NCBI GenBank assembly: GCA_963761335.1 | Contig: CAVXGR010000011.1 | Span: forward strand, 352,001 to 416,000 | Source of the DNA: an uncultured delta proteobacterium | GTDB taxonomy: Bacteria > Desulfobacterota > Binatia > HRBIN30 > BPIQ01 | Length of the DNA stretch: 64,000 nt | Direction of reading: 5' to 3' | Shown: one piece after another, positions 40,138-50,144 of the stretch | How positions within the stretch are numbered: position 1 is the first letter of the stretch | How the letters are laid out: each line of letters begins with the position of its first letter | Position numbers and translations under genes: made by a program | Notes under the pieces: model-generated | Seen by the model: the letters and a program-made list of their open reading frames with translations, nothing else | What the model was told of the DNA's origin: nothing | The model's database searches: none

Positions 40138-41949
40138 ATGAGCGACGACAGAACGACACATGCGAGCAACGGCGCGCCGGCGCAGGAGTACGCCGCCAGG
40201 CTGGGGCGACGGAGTGAGCGGGCTCGAAAGCTCGCTCTACTGGAGCGGCGAATCTCCAACTCGCGGCTCCTCGTCTTCATCGCCGGCGTCGCCATCGCTT
40301 GGGCGGCCATTGATGCGAGGGCAATGTCGCCGTGGTGGATCGCCGCGCCGTTTCTGCTCTTCGTCGCTCTCCTCTTCGTCCACGACCGCGTCATTCGCCA
40401 GCGCCGCCGCGCCGACCGCGCCGTGAAGCTCTACGAGGCCGGGGTGGCGCGACTCGAGGACCGATGGTCGGGGGGCGGCAGCCGCGGCGACGATCTTCTC
40501 GACGAGCACCATCCCTACGCCGCGGACCTCGACCTGTTCGGGCGCGGCTCGCTATTCGAGCGCCTGTGCGCGGCGCGCACCCAGGGTGGTGAAGCGACGC
40601 TGGCGCGGTGGCTGTGTGCTCCCGCCGAGCCCGAGGCCATCCGCGCCCGCCAGGCCGCCGTGGAAGAGCTGCGACCGTTGCTGGATCTGCGCGAGGAGCT
40701 GGCGCTCGTCGGCGCCGAGGTTCGCGCCCAGCTCGATCCCGAAGCTCTCGAGGCCTGGGCGGCCGCACCGGCGGAGCTGGCGTCGCCACGCCTGCGCATC
40801 GCCGCCGCCCTGCTGGCGGCGGCAACCGCGGCAACGGCCACCGCGGCGGCGCTCGGCTCCAGCCTGCTGCCGCTGCTTGCCGCCCTGGTTCTGGAAGGCG
40901 TGTTCGCGCTGTCGCTGCGACGTCGGGTGCTGGGCGTCATCCGCGCCGTCGAGCGGCCCGGACGCGACCTGGCGCTGCTCGCCGCGATGCTCGCCGTTCT
41001 CGAACGGGAGCAGTTTGCCGCGGCGCGGTTGATCGAGCTGCGCGCCGCTCTCGATACCGACGGCCTGCCGCCCTCCCGGCAGATCGATCTGCTGCGGCGA
41101 CGCGTCGACCGACTCGACAGCCGGCGCAATCAGCTGTTCGCGCCGATCGCCGCGCTCCTCATGTGGGCCACGCAGTGCGCCATGAGCATCGACGCCTGGC
41201 AGGCCCGCTGCGGCGGCGCCGTTGGACGCTGGCTCGCCGCCGTCGCCGAGGTCGAGGCGCTGGCGTCGCTCGCCGGCTACGCCTACGAGCGCCCCGAGGA
41301 TCCGTTTCCGGAGATCGCCGAGCAGGGCCCCGTATTTGCCGGTGAAGGAATCGGCCACCCGCTGCTGCCCGCCAGCCGCTGCGTGCGCAACGACGTCGAG
41401 CTCGACACCCATCTGCAGGTTCTCATCGTCAGCGGCTCCAACATGTCGGGCAAGAGCACTCTCCTGCGCGCCGTCGGCACCAATACCGTCCTGGCGCTGG
41501 CCGGCGCGCCGGTGCGGGCGCGGCGGCTGCGTCTCTCCCCCCTGGCGGTGGGCGCCTCCATCCGCCTGCACGACTCCTTGCAGGAGGGCACCTCGCGTTT
41601 CTACGCCGAGATCAAGCGCCTGCGGCAGATCGTCGACCTCACCGCCGGGGGGCTCCCCTTGCTCTTCCTGCTCGACGAGATCTTTCACGGCACCAACTCC
41701 CACGATCGACGCGTCGGCGCCGAGGCGATCATCCGCAACCTGCTCGATCGCGGCGCCATCGGGCTGGTCACCACGCACGACCTGGCCCTCGCCCGCATCG
41801 CCGAGGCGCTGGCGCCGCGCATCGCCAACGTCCACTTCGCCGACCACCTCGAGGACGGGCGCATCACCTTCGACTACCGCATGCGCCCGGGGGTCGTCGG
41901 CCACAGCAACGCCCTGGCCCTGATGCGCGCCGTCGGACTGGAGGTGTGA
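40138..41949 (+). CDS. Membrane-anchored MutS-related protein (ATPase domain V only)
   Basis: TM segments, HPYAADLDLFG..SLF, GHPLL, GSNMSGKST, DSL..GTSRFYAE, LLDEIFHGTNS, TTHDL. Confidence 0.88.
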   Translation: MSDDRTTHASNGAPAQEYAARLGRRSERARKLALLERRISNSRLLVFIAGVAIAWAAIDARAMSPWWIAAPFLLFVALLFVHDRVIRQRRRADRAVKLYEAGVARLEDRWSGGGSRGDDLLDEHHPYAADLDLFGRGSLFERLCAARTQGGEATLARWLCAPAEPEAIRARQAAVEELRPLLDLREELALVGAEVRAQLDPEALEAWAAAPAELASPRLRIAAALLAAATAATATAAALGSSLLPLLAALVLEGVFALSLRRRVLGVIRAVERPGRDLALLAAMLAVLEREQFAAARLIELRAALDTDGLPPSRQIDLLRRRVDRLDSRRNQLFAPIAALLMWATQCAMSIDAWQARCGGAVGRWLAAVAEVEALASLAGYAYERPEDPFPEIAEQGPVFAGEGIGHPLLPASRCVRNDVELDTHLQVLIVSGSNMSGKSTLLRAVGTNTVLALAGAPVRARRLRLSPLAVGASIRLHDSLQEGTSRFYAEIKRLRQIVDLTAGGLPLLFLLDEIFHGTNSHDRRVGAEAIIRNLLDRGAIGLVTTHDLALARIAEALAPRIANVHFADHLEDGRITFDYRMRPGVVGHSNALALMRAVGLEV

Positions 41950-41959
41950 AAGGGGACAG

Positions 41960-42386
41960 TGCGTCATGAGCCTTGCGGCTCGCCAGCAGGCGATGAAAAT
42001 GAGGCTGGGATCTGCCCCGTAGAGAGATTTGGCGGTTCTCGCCTGGGCGAAGTTCGCTCCGGAGGGGCGCTGGCGTGTAGCCCCGGGTGAAACCCGGGGA
42101 AGAATGCGCGCTCCGTCAGGCGCGCCCCGCCAGGGGCGCGGGCAAGTTTTCGTCGATGTCACGCCTGTACGCCGATGATCACCGCTGGGTGCGTGGGAAG
42201 CTCATCGAGGTGATTCACGCGGCCTCTACGCCGGCGCCCCTGCGGGGCGCTGATCTGGGCCAATCGGAACGCGGTCCCCGGGTTGACACCCGGGGCTACA
42301 TGCCTGCGCCCCTCCGGGGCGATAGGCCTCCACGCCAAGCGCCGGTGCGCTCCGCCAGACCTCCACCCAACAGATTTTCGAAGCAG
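41960..42386. mobile_element. Non-coding cassette A (427 bp), family C REP cargo
   Basis: Same ends as 27683-28062; begins right after GGGGACAG. Confidence 0.7.
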
Positions 42387-42674
42387 TGCGTCATGAGCCT
42401 TACGGCTCGCCAGTAGACGATGAAAATGGACGGCGTCCTGATTCACCGATCAGACGCGTGGGATGATACTTCCGCGCCACGGGGGCGGGTCTCCTCTCCC
42501 CGCATCTTTCCGCGGGAGAGGATCAAGGTGAGGGCTTCCTGTCTCACTGAAAGCTAGGTGAATCTCCACGGCCTTCAAAGAGATCGGCGCCCTCACCCTG
42601 GCCCTCTTCCCGCGAGAAGATGCGGGAGAGGGAACGCGCCCCCGAAGCGCACACCCAACAGATTTTCGAAGCAG
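42387..42674. mobile_element. Non-coding cassette B (288 bp), family D palindrome cargo, tandem to cassette A
   Basis: TGCGTCATGAGCCTTACGGCTC...GATGAAAATG ... CCCAACAGATTTTCGAAGCAG. Confidence 0.7.
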
Positions 42675-42781
42675 GCACCTTTTGCGCCCGAGATCGCTGC
42701 CCACGTCGGATTTCAAGCCGCAAAAGTAGCCTTTCCCCTTCCCTGCTTTCCCTCAGCTGTCCGCGGGCGTATCGTCGGCGC

Positions 42782-43642
42782 ATGCCCATCCCGCGATTGA
42801 AGTCCTCCGCCACCGGAACGGAGGTCGCTGCGGCGCTGGCCGAGCAGGGCTGCGCCGTCGTCGAGCGCCTGGTGCCGGTGCAGATCCTGGATCGCTGCCG
42901 CGCCGAGCTGCGGCCATGGCTCGAGGCGACCCCGACCGGTCCCGACGACTTTTCCGGCCGGCGCACGCGCCGCACCGGCGCCCTGCTGGCGCGCTCCGAG
43001 ACGGCGCGCGAGGTGGTGATGCATCCGCTCGTCCTCGACACCCTCGGCGCCGTGCTGGCACACGCCGCCAGCTTCCAGCTGCACCTGACCCAGGTGATTG
43101 CCATCGGCCCGGGGGAGCCCGGGCAGATGATCCACCGCGATCAGTGGGCCTTCGACTTCTTCCCGTTTCCGAAGGGCTACGACGTGCAGTGCAACACCAT
43201 CTGGGCGATGAACGACTTCACCGCCGAGAACGGCGCCACGCGCGTCATCCCCGGAAGCCATCGCCTCGACGATCGCCTTCGCTTCAGCCACGAGCAGGCG
43301 GAGGTCGCCGAGATGCCGACGGGCTCGGTGCTCTTCTACACCGGCTCGCTGTATCACGGCGGCGGCGCCAACAGCTCCGGCGAGACGCGCTACGGTCTCA
43401 ACATCACCTACGCGGTGAGCTGGCTGCGGCAGGAGGAGAACCAATACCTGGCGGTGCCGCAAGAGATGGCGCGGACGTTCCCGGAGCCGCTCCTGCGCCT
43501 GATGGGATACGCCCGCGGCGCCTATGCGCTGGGCTACGTCGGCGACCTGGTCGATCCGCTCGATGCCCTGCGCGGCACGGCGAGCGGCGCCGGCTTCGGC
43601 GACCTCGGTGCCGCGGGACAGCGCGTCTCGAAAGCAAAGTAG
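42782..43642 (+). CDS. Phytanoyl-CoA dioxygenase (PhyH) family Fe(II)/2OG oxygenase
   Basis: HRD motif, DFTAENGATRVIPGSH, LYHGGGAN, WLRQEENQYL. Confidence 0.9.
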   Translation: MPIPRLKSSATGTEVAAALAEQGCAVVERLVPVQILDRCRAELRPWLEATPTGPDDFSGRRTRRTGALLARSETAREVVMHPLVLDTLGAVLAHAASFQLHLTQVIAIGPGEPGQMIHRDQWAFDFFPFPKGYDVQCNTIWAMNDFTAENGATRVIPGSHRLDDRLRFSHEQAEVAEMPTGSVLFYTGSLYHGGGANSSGETRYGLNITYAVSWLRQEENQYLAVPQEMARTFPEPLLRLMGYARGAYALGYVGDLVDPLDALRGTASGAGFGDLGAAGQRVSKAK

Positions 43643-43694
43643 ACGCGCCGTCCCGGCGCTTCCCGAAGCGGCGAGACGCGAAACGCCGCTTCTC
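43639..43694 (-). repeat. Family B REP doublet, copy 4 (degenerate; supplies the PhyH stop codon)
   Basis: GTAGACGCGCCGTCCCGGCGCTTCCCGAAGCGGCGAGACGC...CGCCGCTTCT. Confidence 0.8.
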
Positions 43695-43872
43695 GACCGA
43701 TTAGCATCTCGGCACCTTTCGCCGCGACCTGATGCTGGCCCGTGCCGCGGCAACGCCGGATCCGCCGAGCTACTACCTGGCCGGCACCGTCGCCGGCGCC
43801 TGCCTCGGCTGCCACGGGCCGGGGGATTGAGGGACTCTCCGTCGAGCCGCGCCGTCTCCGCGGCGTCGGCAT

Positions 43873-44463
43873 TCATTCACCGGCCCGGCTCCATTCCATG
43901 GCCGCCTCGAGCCGATCGTTTCCCCAGAAGACCTCGTCTCCCACCACGAAGGTCGGGGCACCGAAGATGCCGAGCTCGATGGCGCGCTCGGTATTCTGCC
44001 GCAGCCGAGACTTCACCTCCTCGTCGCCGGCGGCGGCGAGCACCGCCTGCGGATCGGCGACCAACCCATTCAGGCATTCGAGGAGAACGCCGGCGTCGCC
44101 GATGTCCAGGTCTCTCGCGAAGTTGGCGGTGTAGACGTCGCGCACGAACTGCGGCACCCATTGGTCGTCCGTCGAGACACACGCAATCCGCGCGGCGCGC
44201 AGCCCGTTGCGGGGAAACTGCGACGGCCTGCGGAACGGAATTCCCTGGGCGGCGCAGATCCGCTCCAGATCCCGCCACATGTATCGCCCCTTGGCCGGAT
44301 AGATGTTGAACGGCGAATCGCTCCAGCCCTGGTCGCGAAAGATCGGACCCAGAAGAAAGGGACGCCACGAGACGGAGCAGGCGTACCGCCGAGCCACTTC
44401 CTCGACGCGCATCGCCGCGGGATAGGAGTAGGTGCTGGCGAACTCGAACCAGAACTCGATCAT
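43873..44463 (-). CDS. 2-hydroxychromene-2-carboxylate isomerase / DsbA-like (kappa GST) protein
   Basis: IEFWFEFASTYSY, WRPFLLG, K.RYM.RD..R, GIFGAPTF, FWGNDRL. Confidence 0.9.
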   Translation of the reverse strand: MIEFWFEFASTYSYPAAMRVEEVARRYACSVSWRPFLLGPIFRDQGWSDSPFNIYPAKGRYMWRDLERICAAQGIPFRRPSQFPRNGLRAARIACVSTDDQWVPQFVRDVYTANFARDLDIGDAGVLLECLNGLVADPQAVLAAAGDEEVKSRLRQNTERAIELGIFGAPTFVVGDEVFWGNDRLEAAMEWSRAGE

Positions 44464-44531
44464 GGTGGCCTGCGAGAATAGTCGATTGCGATTCCTCTGT
44501 CTTCCGCGTGCCCCCGAAACGATCGCTTGCA

Positions 44532-44554
44532 CTTGTATCACGATGTGATACAAG
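44532..44554. promoter_or_regulatory. Perfect operator-like palindrome overlapping a putative promoter
   Basis: CTTGTATCAC-GAT-GTGATACAAG; TTGCAC-16 nt-TACAAG, 7 nt before ATG 44562. Confidence 0.7.
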
Positions 44555-44561
44555 CGGCGGC

Positions 44562-45002
44562 ATGCACCGACACGGCCACCGGCAGGAGCGCTGGCTGCAC
44601 ACACGCATCTCGGCCGATCTGCAGGACGCCCTGAAGCGGGAGGCGCGGCGTCGGCGGACACCGGTGTCGCTGCTGGTCCGCAACGTTCTGGAGGGTGCTC
44701 TCGATCTGGTCGAGGAGATCGTCGAGGACGGCCTGGCTCTGGCGGAGTCTTCGCGACAGTTCGGTAGTCGGGTCGGCAAGGCGTCGCGCCAAAGCGGAGA
44801 CCCGCTCGACGACGTCTACGGCTGGCAGGAGATCATCCTCAACCGGGCCGCGCAGTGCGATGCTTGCGATGCGGCTCTGGCCAGTGGCGCCGGCGCCTAT
44901 CGGGGCCTGCGGGAGCGCTCCGGGCCGCCGGTCTTCTTGTGCTCGAGCTGCCTGCGCCGGCTGCGCCGGCCGGCGAATGGAAAGAAGGAGGAACAGTCAT
45001 GA
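44562..45002 (+). CDS. Ribbon-helix-helix protein with C-terminal Zn-ribbon-like domain
   Basis: LHTRIS.DL..ALK.EA.RR..PVSLLVRNVL; CDAC...CSSC. Confidence 0.7.
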   Translation: MHRHGHRQERWLHTRISADLQDALKREARRRRTPVSLLVRNVLEGALDLVEEIVEDGLALAESSRQFGSRVGKASRQSGDPLDDVYGWQEIILNRAAQCDACDAALASGAGAYRGLRERSGPPVFLCSSCLRRLRRPANGKKEEQS

Positions 45003-45502
45003 ACAGCGCCGACGACAGCCGCCGCGACGAGCGGCAGGGTTGGGAGGACATCGGTCGCGCTGCCGAGGACTTCGCCCGCCGCGTGGCGCGCGACGCCAGT
45101 CGCTTTGCCGAGCGGCTGCAGGAGCACTCGACGGACTTTGCTCACGATGTACGGCGCGAGTGGCGACGCGGCCGCCACCGGCACCATCGCCGCCACGACT
45201 TCGCCTGCGGGCACGGCTCGGCGGACGACGTCCGCCGTGTCTTCGACGACATCCGCGGCGTTCTCGCCGGCGTCCTCGACGGCATCGACGAGCTCATCGA
45301 GCGCGCCTTTCCCGCAGCCGCGGAGAAAGAGGAGGCGCCGCCAGCCCCCACAGTGTGGGAGCAAATGGTCAGCAACCGCGACGTCACCTGTAACGCCTGC
45401 GGCCGCGCCATCGCCGTGGGAGAGGACGTGCACGCGCGCCGCGCCGACGACACCATGGAGTACCGCTGCGGCAGCTGCGGCACGGAGGACGCGCCGCACT
45501 GA
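44999..45502 (+). CDS. Hypothetical protein: amphipathic helices, His-rich linker, C-terminal Zn-ribbon-like domain
   Basis: AGGAGG RBS, ATGA overlap; CNAC...CGSC. Confidence 0.7.
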   Translation: MNSADDSRRDERQGWEDIGRAAEDFARRVARDASRFAERLQEHSTDFAHDVRREWRRGRHRHHRRHDFACGHGSADDVRRVFDDIRGVLAGVLDGIDELIERAFPAAAEKEEAPPAPTVWEQMVSNRDVTCNACGRAIAVGEDVHARRADDTMEYRCGSCGTEDAPH

Positions 45503-45532
45503 GCCTCGCCGATCCGGACGCCGGGTTGGGCT

Positions 45533-46057
45533 TCAGCGGCCGAGACGGCGGACCGGGTCGCGGCCGTCCCAGTCGCGGGCGGCTGCCTCGACCATCTCCA
45601 GCAGACCGCGCATTGCCTCGGTGCTCTCCCAGACCTCGATGAAATGGCCGAAGGCCGCGACCGTGTCGTGGTAGCTCACGCGGCAGATGCCCGGCAGCGT
45701 CAGCGCCCACGCCACCGGGTGGCCGAGGGCGACGAGCCGCTGCGCTTCGCCCTCGAAGTCGCGAGCCAGGTAGGCGAGATGATGCACCCCGTGCGTCCGC
45801 TCCCGGTAGATTGACGGCGCTTCGCCGCGCGGGGCGATGAGCTCGATCTGCACGCCGCCGGAGTTGCCAATGGCGAGGGAGAGATTCGCCTCCACCGGCT
45901 GTCCGCGATAGCGGACGTCAGCGACGGTGGCGTCGTCGATGCGAAAGAACGGCCCGGCGCGCACGATCTCGACCCAGTGGGCAATCGCCGCGTCGAGGTC
46001 GTCAACGGCGTAGGCGATCTGCTTGATGACGGCGTGCTCGATGGCCATGGACTCCAC
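45533..46057 (-). CDS. VOC/glyoxalase family protein
   Basis: QIAYAVDDLD, GPFF, QIELI, GVHHLAY, GHFIE; start 46057 or 46048. Confidence 0.85.
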   Translation of the reverse strand: MESMAIEHAVIKQIAYAVDDLDAAIAHWVEIVRAGPFFRIDDATVADVRYRGQPVEANLSLAIGNSGGVQIELIAPRGEAPSIYRERTHGVHHLAYLARDFEGEAQRLVALGHPVAWALTLPGICRVSYHDTVAAFGHFIEVWESTEAMRGLLEMVEAAARDWDGRDPVRRLGR

Positions 46058-46165
46058 TCCTTTCCAGAGAGACCCGCTGCGGCGGCAATCTCTCCCGTAC
46101 CTTACCTCTCTCCTGCTCGCTCGCGTAGCGGTCAGATCCTGCGGTCGGCCCCGCCGATGGCGGCC

Positions 46166-47135
46166 TCACAACCCGCGCAGGAACTCGAGCAGAGCCTCGT
46201 TGACCTCCGCCGGACGCTCCTGCTGGGTCCAGTGACCGCAGCCTTCGAGAAGAACGGTGCGGCGGAGCCCCGGCACCGTTTCCGGCATCGCCTCGAGCGC
46301 ACCCGGAATCATGGCGATCACGGCGTCGCGCGCGCCGACGATGAAAAGCGCCGGCTGACGAATGCTGCGCGTCGCTCCAGGCCGCCGTGAGCTCCCAGGA
46401 CAAGTCGGCGCAGCGGTACCAGTTGAGGCCGCCGCGGAACCCGGTGCGCTCGAACTCGCGCACGTAGAAGGCCAGGTCGTCTTCGGAGAGCCAGGCCGGC
46501 AGCCTCTCCGGCTCGACGAGATGCTCGAGCATGCGGCCCGTCCTCGGACCGCCGGAGATGCTCTCCAGCTTCTCTCGCGGTGCGTCTCCCGACAGCGAGT
46601 ACAGAAAACGCCGGAGGAAGGTGGCGGCGTTGGGATCGAGCTCCTCCTCGGCGCGGCCGGGCTCCTGGAAGTAGAGGAAGTAGAACCACTGCTCGCCGAA
46701 GAGCAGGCGCATCATTCCCGTCGGCGGCATTGGCCCGCGCGGACTCCACGGCACGCTGAGCGCGGCGACGGCGGGGAAGCGATCCGGCCGCAGCAGCGCC
46801 GACATCCAGGCGATCGGAGCGCCCCAGTCGTGCCCGACGATGGTCGCCGCCTCCGCCCCGAGCGCGTCGAGCAGCCCCACCATATCGCCGACGTGATGCA
46901 GCTGCGTGTAGGCGCGGATGTCCTCGGGCTTGTCGGTGCCGCCGTAACCGCGCATGTCCGGGGCAACGGCGCGAAAGCCCGCGGCCGCCAGGGCGGGAAG
47001 CTGGTGGCGCCACGAGTACCAGCTCTCGGGAAAGCCATGGCACAAGAGCACGACAGGACCGCCCTCTGGCCCGGCCTCGACCACGTGCATCTCGATGCCG
47101 TTGGTAGGCAGCGTGCGGTGGCGAAGCTCGCTCAT
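46166..47135 (-). pseudogene. Epoxide hydrolase (alpha/beta hydrolase) with a +1 frameshift near 46365
   Basis: HGFPE, GHDWGA, LNWYR in one frame; IRQPALFIVG...GCGHWTQQE...FLRGL* in another; may be a sequencing error. Confidence 0.8.
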
Positions 47136-47352
47136 ACGTTCTCCTGTTCGGATGCCGTGCACATATCCTTCATCCTCCCTCCATGCTCCTTCGTACCGCG
47201 CCGAACACTCGAGCACCAACGCAGCAGCGCGGTCGTTCGCATCGCCGCCCCGGTTCGCTCAGGCAGGCAGTCAGTCTTCGCGTCTTTGCGTTCCTTGCCC
47301 ATGGCTTCGCGAAGAACCGTTCGTCGCGCCGGGGACGGCTCGCAGCGGGGAT

Positions 47353-47376
47353 GCGGTCGGGACGGCCGCGCTCCCA
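47353..47376 (-). repeat. Family A REP singlet
   Basis: GCGGTCGGGACGGCCGCGCTCCCA. Confidence 0.75.
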
Positions 47377-47486
47377 GGGGGAACACGCGATTGACTCAGG
47401 GGGGCGCGGCTGGTAGCCGAAAACGGTCTCGCTGGAGCGGCGCTCGCGCTCCTCGCAGGAAATCCACGTCACAGAAGGGGGTCACC

Positions 47487-48626
47487 ATGGGAGAAGCGTA
47501 CATCATCGACGCGTGCCGCACGCCGCGCGGTCGCCGCAAGGGCTCGCTGTCGGAGGTCCATCCGATGGACCTGCTGGTCGTGCCGCTCAACGAGATCGTC
47601 AAGCGCACCGGCGTCGATCCGGCGCAGGTGGACGACGTCGTCATCGGCTGCGTCACCGAGACCGGCGAGCAGGGCACCAACATCGCCCGCGGCACGGTGC
47701 TCGCGGCCGGCTGGCCGGTGGACATCCCCGGTGTCACGCTCAATCGCTTCTGCGGCTCCGGGCAGCAGGCGGTGAACTTCGCGGCGCAGGCGATCAAGGC
47801 CGGCGCCCAGGATCTGGTGGTCGCCGGCGGCGTGGAGAACATGACGCGCGTGCCCATGGGCGCCGACATGGGCCCGATCCCGCCGAGCCTGATGGAGAAG
47901 TACAACCTGGTTCCCCAGGGGCTCTCCGCCGAGATGATCGCCGAGAAGTGGGACCTCTCCCGCCAGCAGATCGACGAGTTCGCCCTCGGCAGTCAGCAGA
48001 AGGCGTGGAACGCCATCCAGGAAGGCCGCTTCAAGAAGGGCATCGTGCCGGTGAAGGTGACCCGCAACGGCGAGGAGAAGCTCTTCGACACCGACGAGCA
48101 CGTGCGCCCGCAGTCGACCCTGGAAGGGCTGATGGCCCTGCAGCCCTCCTTCAAGCCCGACGGCGTGATCACCGCGGGGAACTCGAGCGGCATCGTCGAC
48201 GGCGCCGCCGCCGTGCTGCTCGCCTCGGAGCGCAAGGTGAAGGAGCTGAATCTCAAGCCGCGGGCCCGCGTCGTCGCGCAGATGATCGTCGGCTCCGAGC
48301 CGGTGATCATGCTGACCGGACCGATCCCGGCGACCCAGAAGGTCCTCAAGAAGGCCGGCCTGAAGATCGACGACATCGATCTCATCGAGATCAACGAGGC
48401 CTTCGCGCCGGTGCCTCTGTGCGTCATGCAGGAGATCGGCATGAACCCGGACAAGGTGAACGTCAACGGTGGCGCCATCGCCCTCGGCCACCCGCTGGGC
48501 GCCACCGGGGCGATGCTGATCGGCACCCTGGTCGATGAGCTGGAGCGCCAGAACAAGCGCTACGGGCTGAGCACGATGTGCATCGGAATCGGCATGGGAA
48601 TCGCCACCATCATCGAGCGGCTTTAG
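47487..48626 (+). CDS. Acetyl-CoA acyltransferase (thiolase)
   Basis: RTP, NRFCGSG, GGVENM, TAGNSS, NEAFA, GGAIALGHPLGATG, MCIGIGMG. Confidence 0.96.
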   Translation: MGEAYIIDACRTPRGRRKGSLSEVHPMDLLVVPLNEIVKRTGVDPAQVDDVVIGCVTETGEQGTNIARGTVLAAGWPVDIPGVTLNRFCGSGQQAVNFAAQAIKAGAQDLVVAGGVENMTRVPMGADMGPIPPSLMEKYNLVPQGLSAEMIAEKWDLSRQQIDEFALGSQQKAWNAIQEGRFKKGIVPVKVTRNGEEKLFDTDEHVRPQSTLEGLMALQPSFKPDGVITAGNSSGIVDGAAAVLLASERKVKELNLKPRARVVAQMIVGSEPVIMLTGPIPATQKVLKKAGLKIDDIDLIEINEAFAPVPLCVMQEIGMNPDKVNVNGGAIALGHPLGATGAMLIGTLVDELERQNKRYGLSTMCIGIGMGIATIIERL

Positions 48627-48695
48627 GTGGCTCGGTAGCTCGGTGGCTCAGTTGAGAACGAACTGAGACACTGAGATACCGGGCTACCGAGACAC
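48627..48695. repeat. 8-nt periodic inverted array between convergent genes (possible bidirectional terminator)
   Basis: GTGGCTCG GTAGCTCG GTGGCTCA GTT facing AACTGAGA CACTGAGA TACCGGGC TACCGAGA CAC. Confidence 0.75.
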
Positions 48696-48696
48696 G

Positions 48697-50046
48697 CTAG
48701 GCGACGTTCAGATTCCGCCGCGGGACGTCGCGGAGCAGGACGTCCGAGGAGTCCTCGATATCCTGATCGCGCAGGCGGTCGACGCCCTGGCGCACCTGCT
48801 TGCGCGTCATCAAGATGCCGTAGCTCTCCATCACCTGCTTGATCAGGTCGAAGTTGCGCTCCAGCGACTCGGTGACCGACACGTAGCCGTGCTGCGCCGC
48901 CAGCAGCCGGTGCCAGAAGGCCAGCACGTTCATCTGGAAGAAGTGCAGGTCGGTCTCCTTCGGCTCGACGACGATGATGTCGCCGCGGAAGTTCGGATCG
49001 TCCTGGTACTGGCGCAGGCCGTACTGCAGGCGCGAGTGCAGAAGCGTGCGGAACACCTGGTTCAACACTGTCAGCACACCGCTGTCGGCGAGCGGCTCGC
49101 CCTCCATCTCGTAGCGGTTCTTCTCCTTGTCGAACTTGCGGCGAACGCGGTTGGAGAAGGGCCGGAAGGGGTTGTAGCAGATGATCAGCTCGGCGCCGTG
49201 CTCGATGGCGATGTCGATGTTGGCGGTGCGGCGCACGCCGCCGTCGACGTAGTCGACGCCGCGAATGCGCGCCGGCTTGTAGAAGCCGGGCAGCGCCGTC
49301 GACGCCTGCACGGCCTCGGAGATGGTGAGACTGACGTCCTCATCGTGGCCGAAAACGGCGCGCTCCGCCGTATCCAGATTCATCGCCGAGATGTAGAGCT
49401 CGCGCCCGGTGATGCGATACAGCGTGCGAAAGTCGTTGCTCAATCGATTGCGGTCGAGGTTCTCGCGCAGATAGGTCTCGAGCGCATAGTTGTCGAAGAG
49501 GCCGGCGGGCAGATAATCGAGAAGGAAGGGAAAGGTCCGGCGGCGGGCAAGCGACTCGCCGATGTACAGCAGGATGTCGCGCAGGTGCTCGCCGCCGCGA
49601 TCGCGCACCAGCCCCTCCACGGGCTCGCGCAAGCGGCGCGCCAGGCCAGGACTTTCGCTCACCAGGTCGAGGACCACGCCCGGCATGTAGGTGGCGAGGT
49701 CGTACATGTACTCGAGCGGTCGCTCGACGAACTCGCGCATATTCAGATTGTAGAAATGGCGCGGCTCGAGCTGCGAGAACTCGTCCGACTTTCCCTCCAG
49801 GCTGCGCAACATCTCCGCCGGAGTCACGCCCCAGGCGAGCGGAGCCGCGAGGAAGGCGCCGGCGCTCAGGCCGACGTAGGTATCGAACTCGACCGTCTTC
49901 TTGTTGACGAGAACATCGTCCAGAGCTTTCAGGCCGCCGAGCTTGAAGGCGCCGCCCGTCACCGCCCCGCCGGCGAGAACGAGTGCAATCTTCGGGTTCT
50001 TCTTGCGAACCGTCAGATCACTCTTCTGAACGATGGTGATCCCCAC
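48697..50046 (-). CDS. Patatin-like phospholipase
   Basis: ALVLAGGAVTGG, GLSAG, ASTALPG, YVDGG. Confidence 0.9.
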   Translation of the reverse strand: MGITIVQKSDLTVRKKNPKIALVLAGGAVTGGAFKLGGLKALDDVLVNKKTVEFDTYVGLSAGAFLAAPLAWGVTPAEMLRSLEGKSDEFSQLEPRHFYNLNMREFVERPLEYMYDLATYMPGVVLDLVSESPGLARRLREPVEGLVRDRGGEHLRDILLYIGESLARRRTFPFLLDYLPAGLFDNYALETYLRENLDRNRLSNDFRTLYRITGRELYISAMNLDTAERAVFGHDEDVSLTISEAVQASTALPGFYKPARIRGVDYVDGGVRRTANIDIAIEHGAELIICYNPFRPFSNRVRRKFDKEKNRYEMEGEPLADSGVLTVLNQVFRTLLHSRLQYGLRQYQDDPNFRGDIIVVEPKETDLHFFQMNVLAFWHRLLAAQHGYVSVTESLERNFDLIKQVMESYGILMTRKQVRQGVDRLRDQDIEDSSDVLLRDVPRRNLNVA

Positions 50047-50144
50047 GAGTGGATCGCTTGCTATCCGATGGTCAGACCTACATTCTTCTGACGCAGTTTG
50101 TCAAGGAGTTCACCGCCGGGTGCGCGCGCATGCTCTCTACCCTG

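Noticed and set aside
40138..41949. Canonical mismatch-repair mutS
   Set aside because: Lacks the mismatch-binding N-terminal domains and has TM segments; a known MutS-related subfamily, so no gene symbol assigned
46002..46360. Arg-rich C-terminus of the 405-aa hydrolase ORF
   Set aside because: Out-of-frame product of the frameshift near 46365
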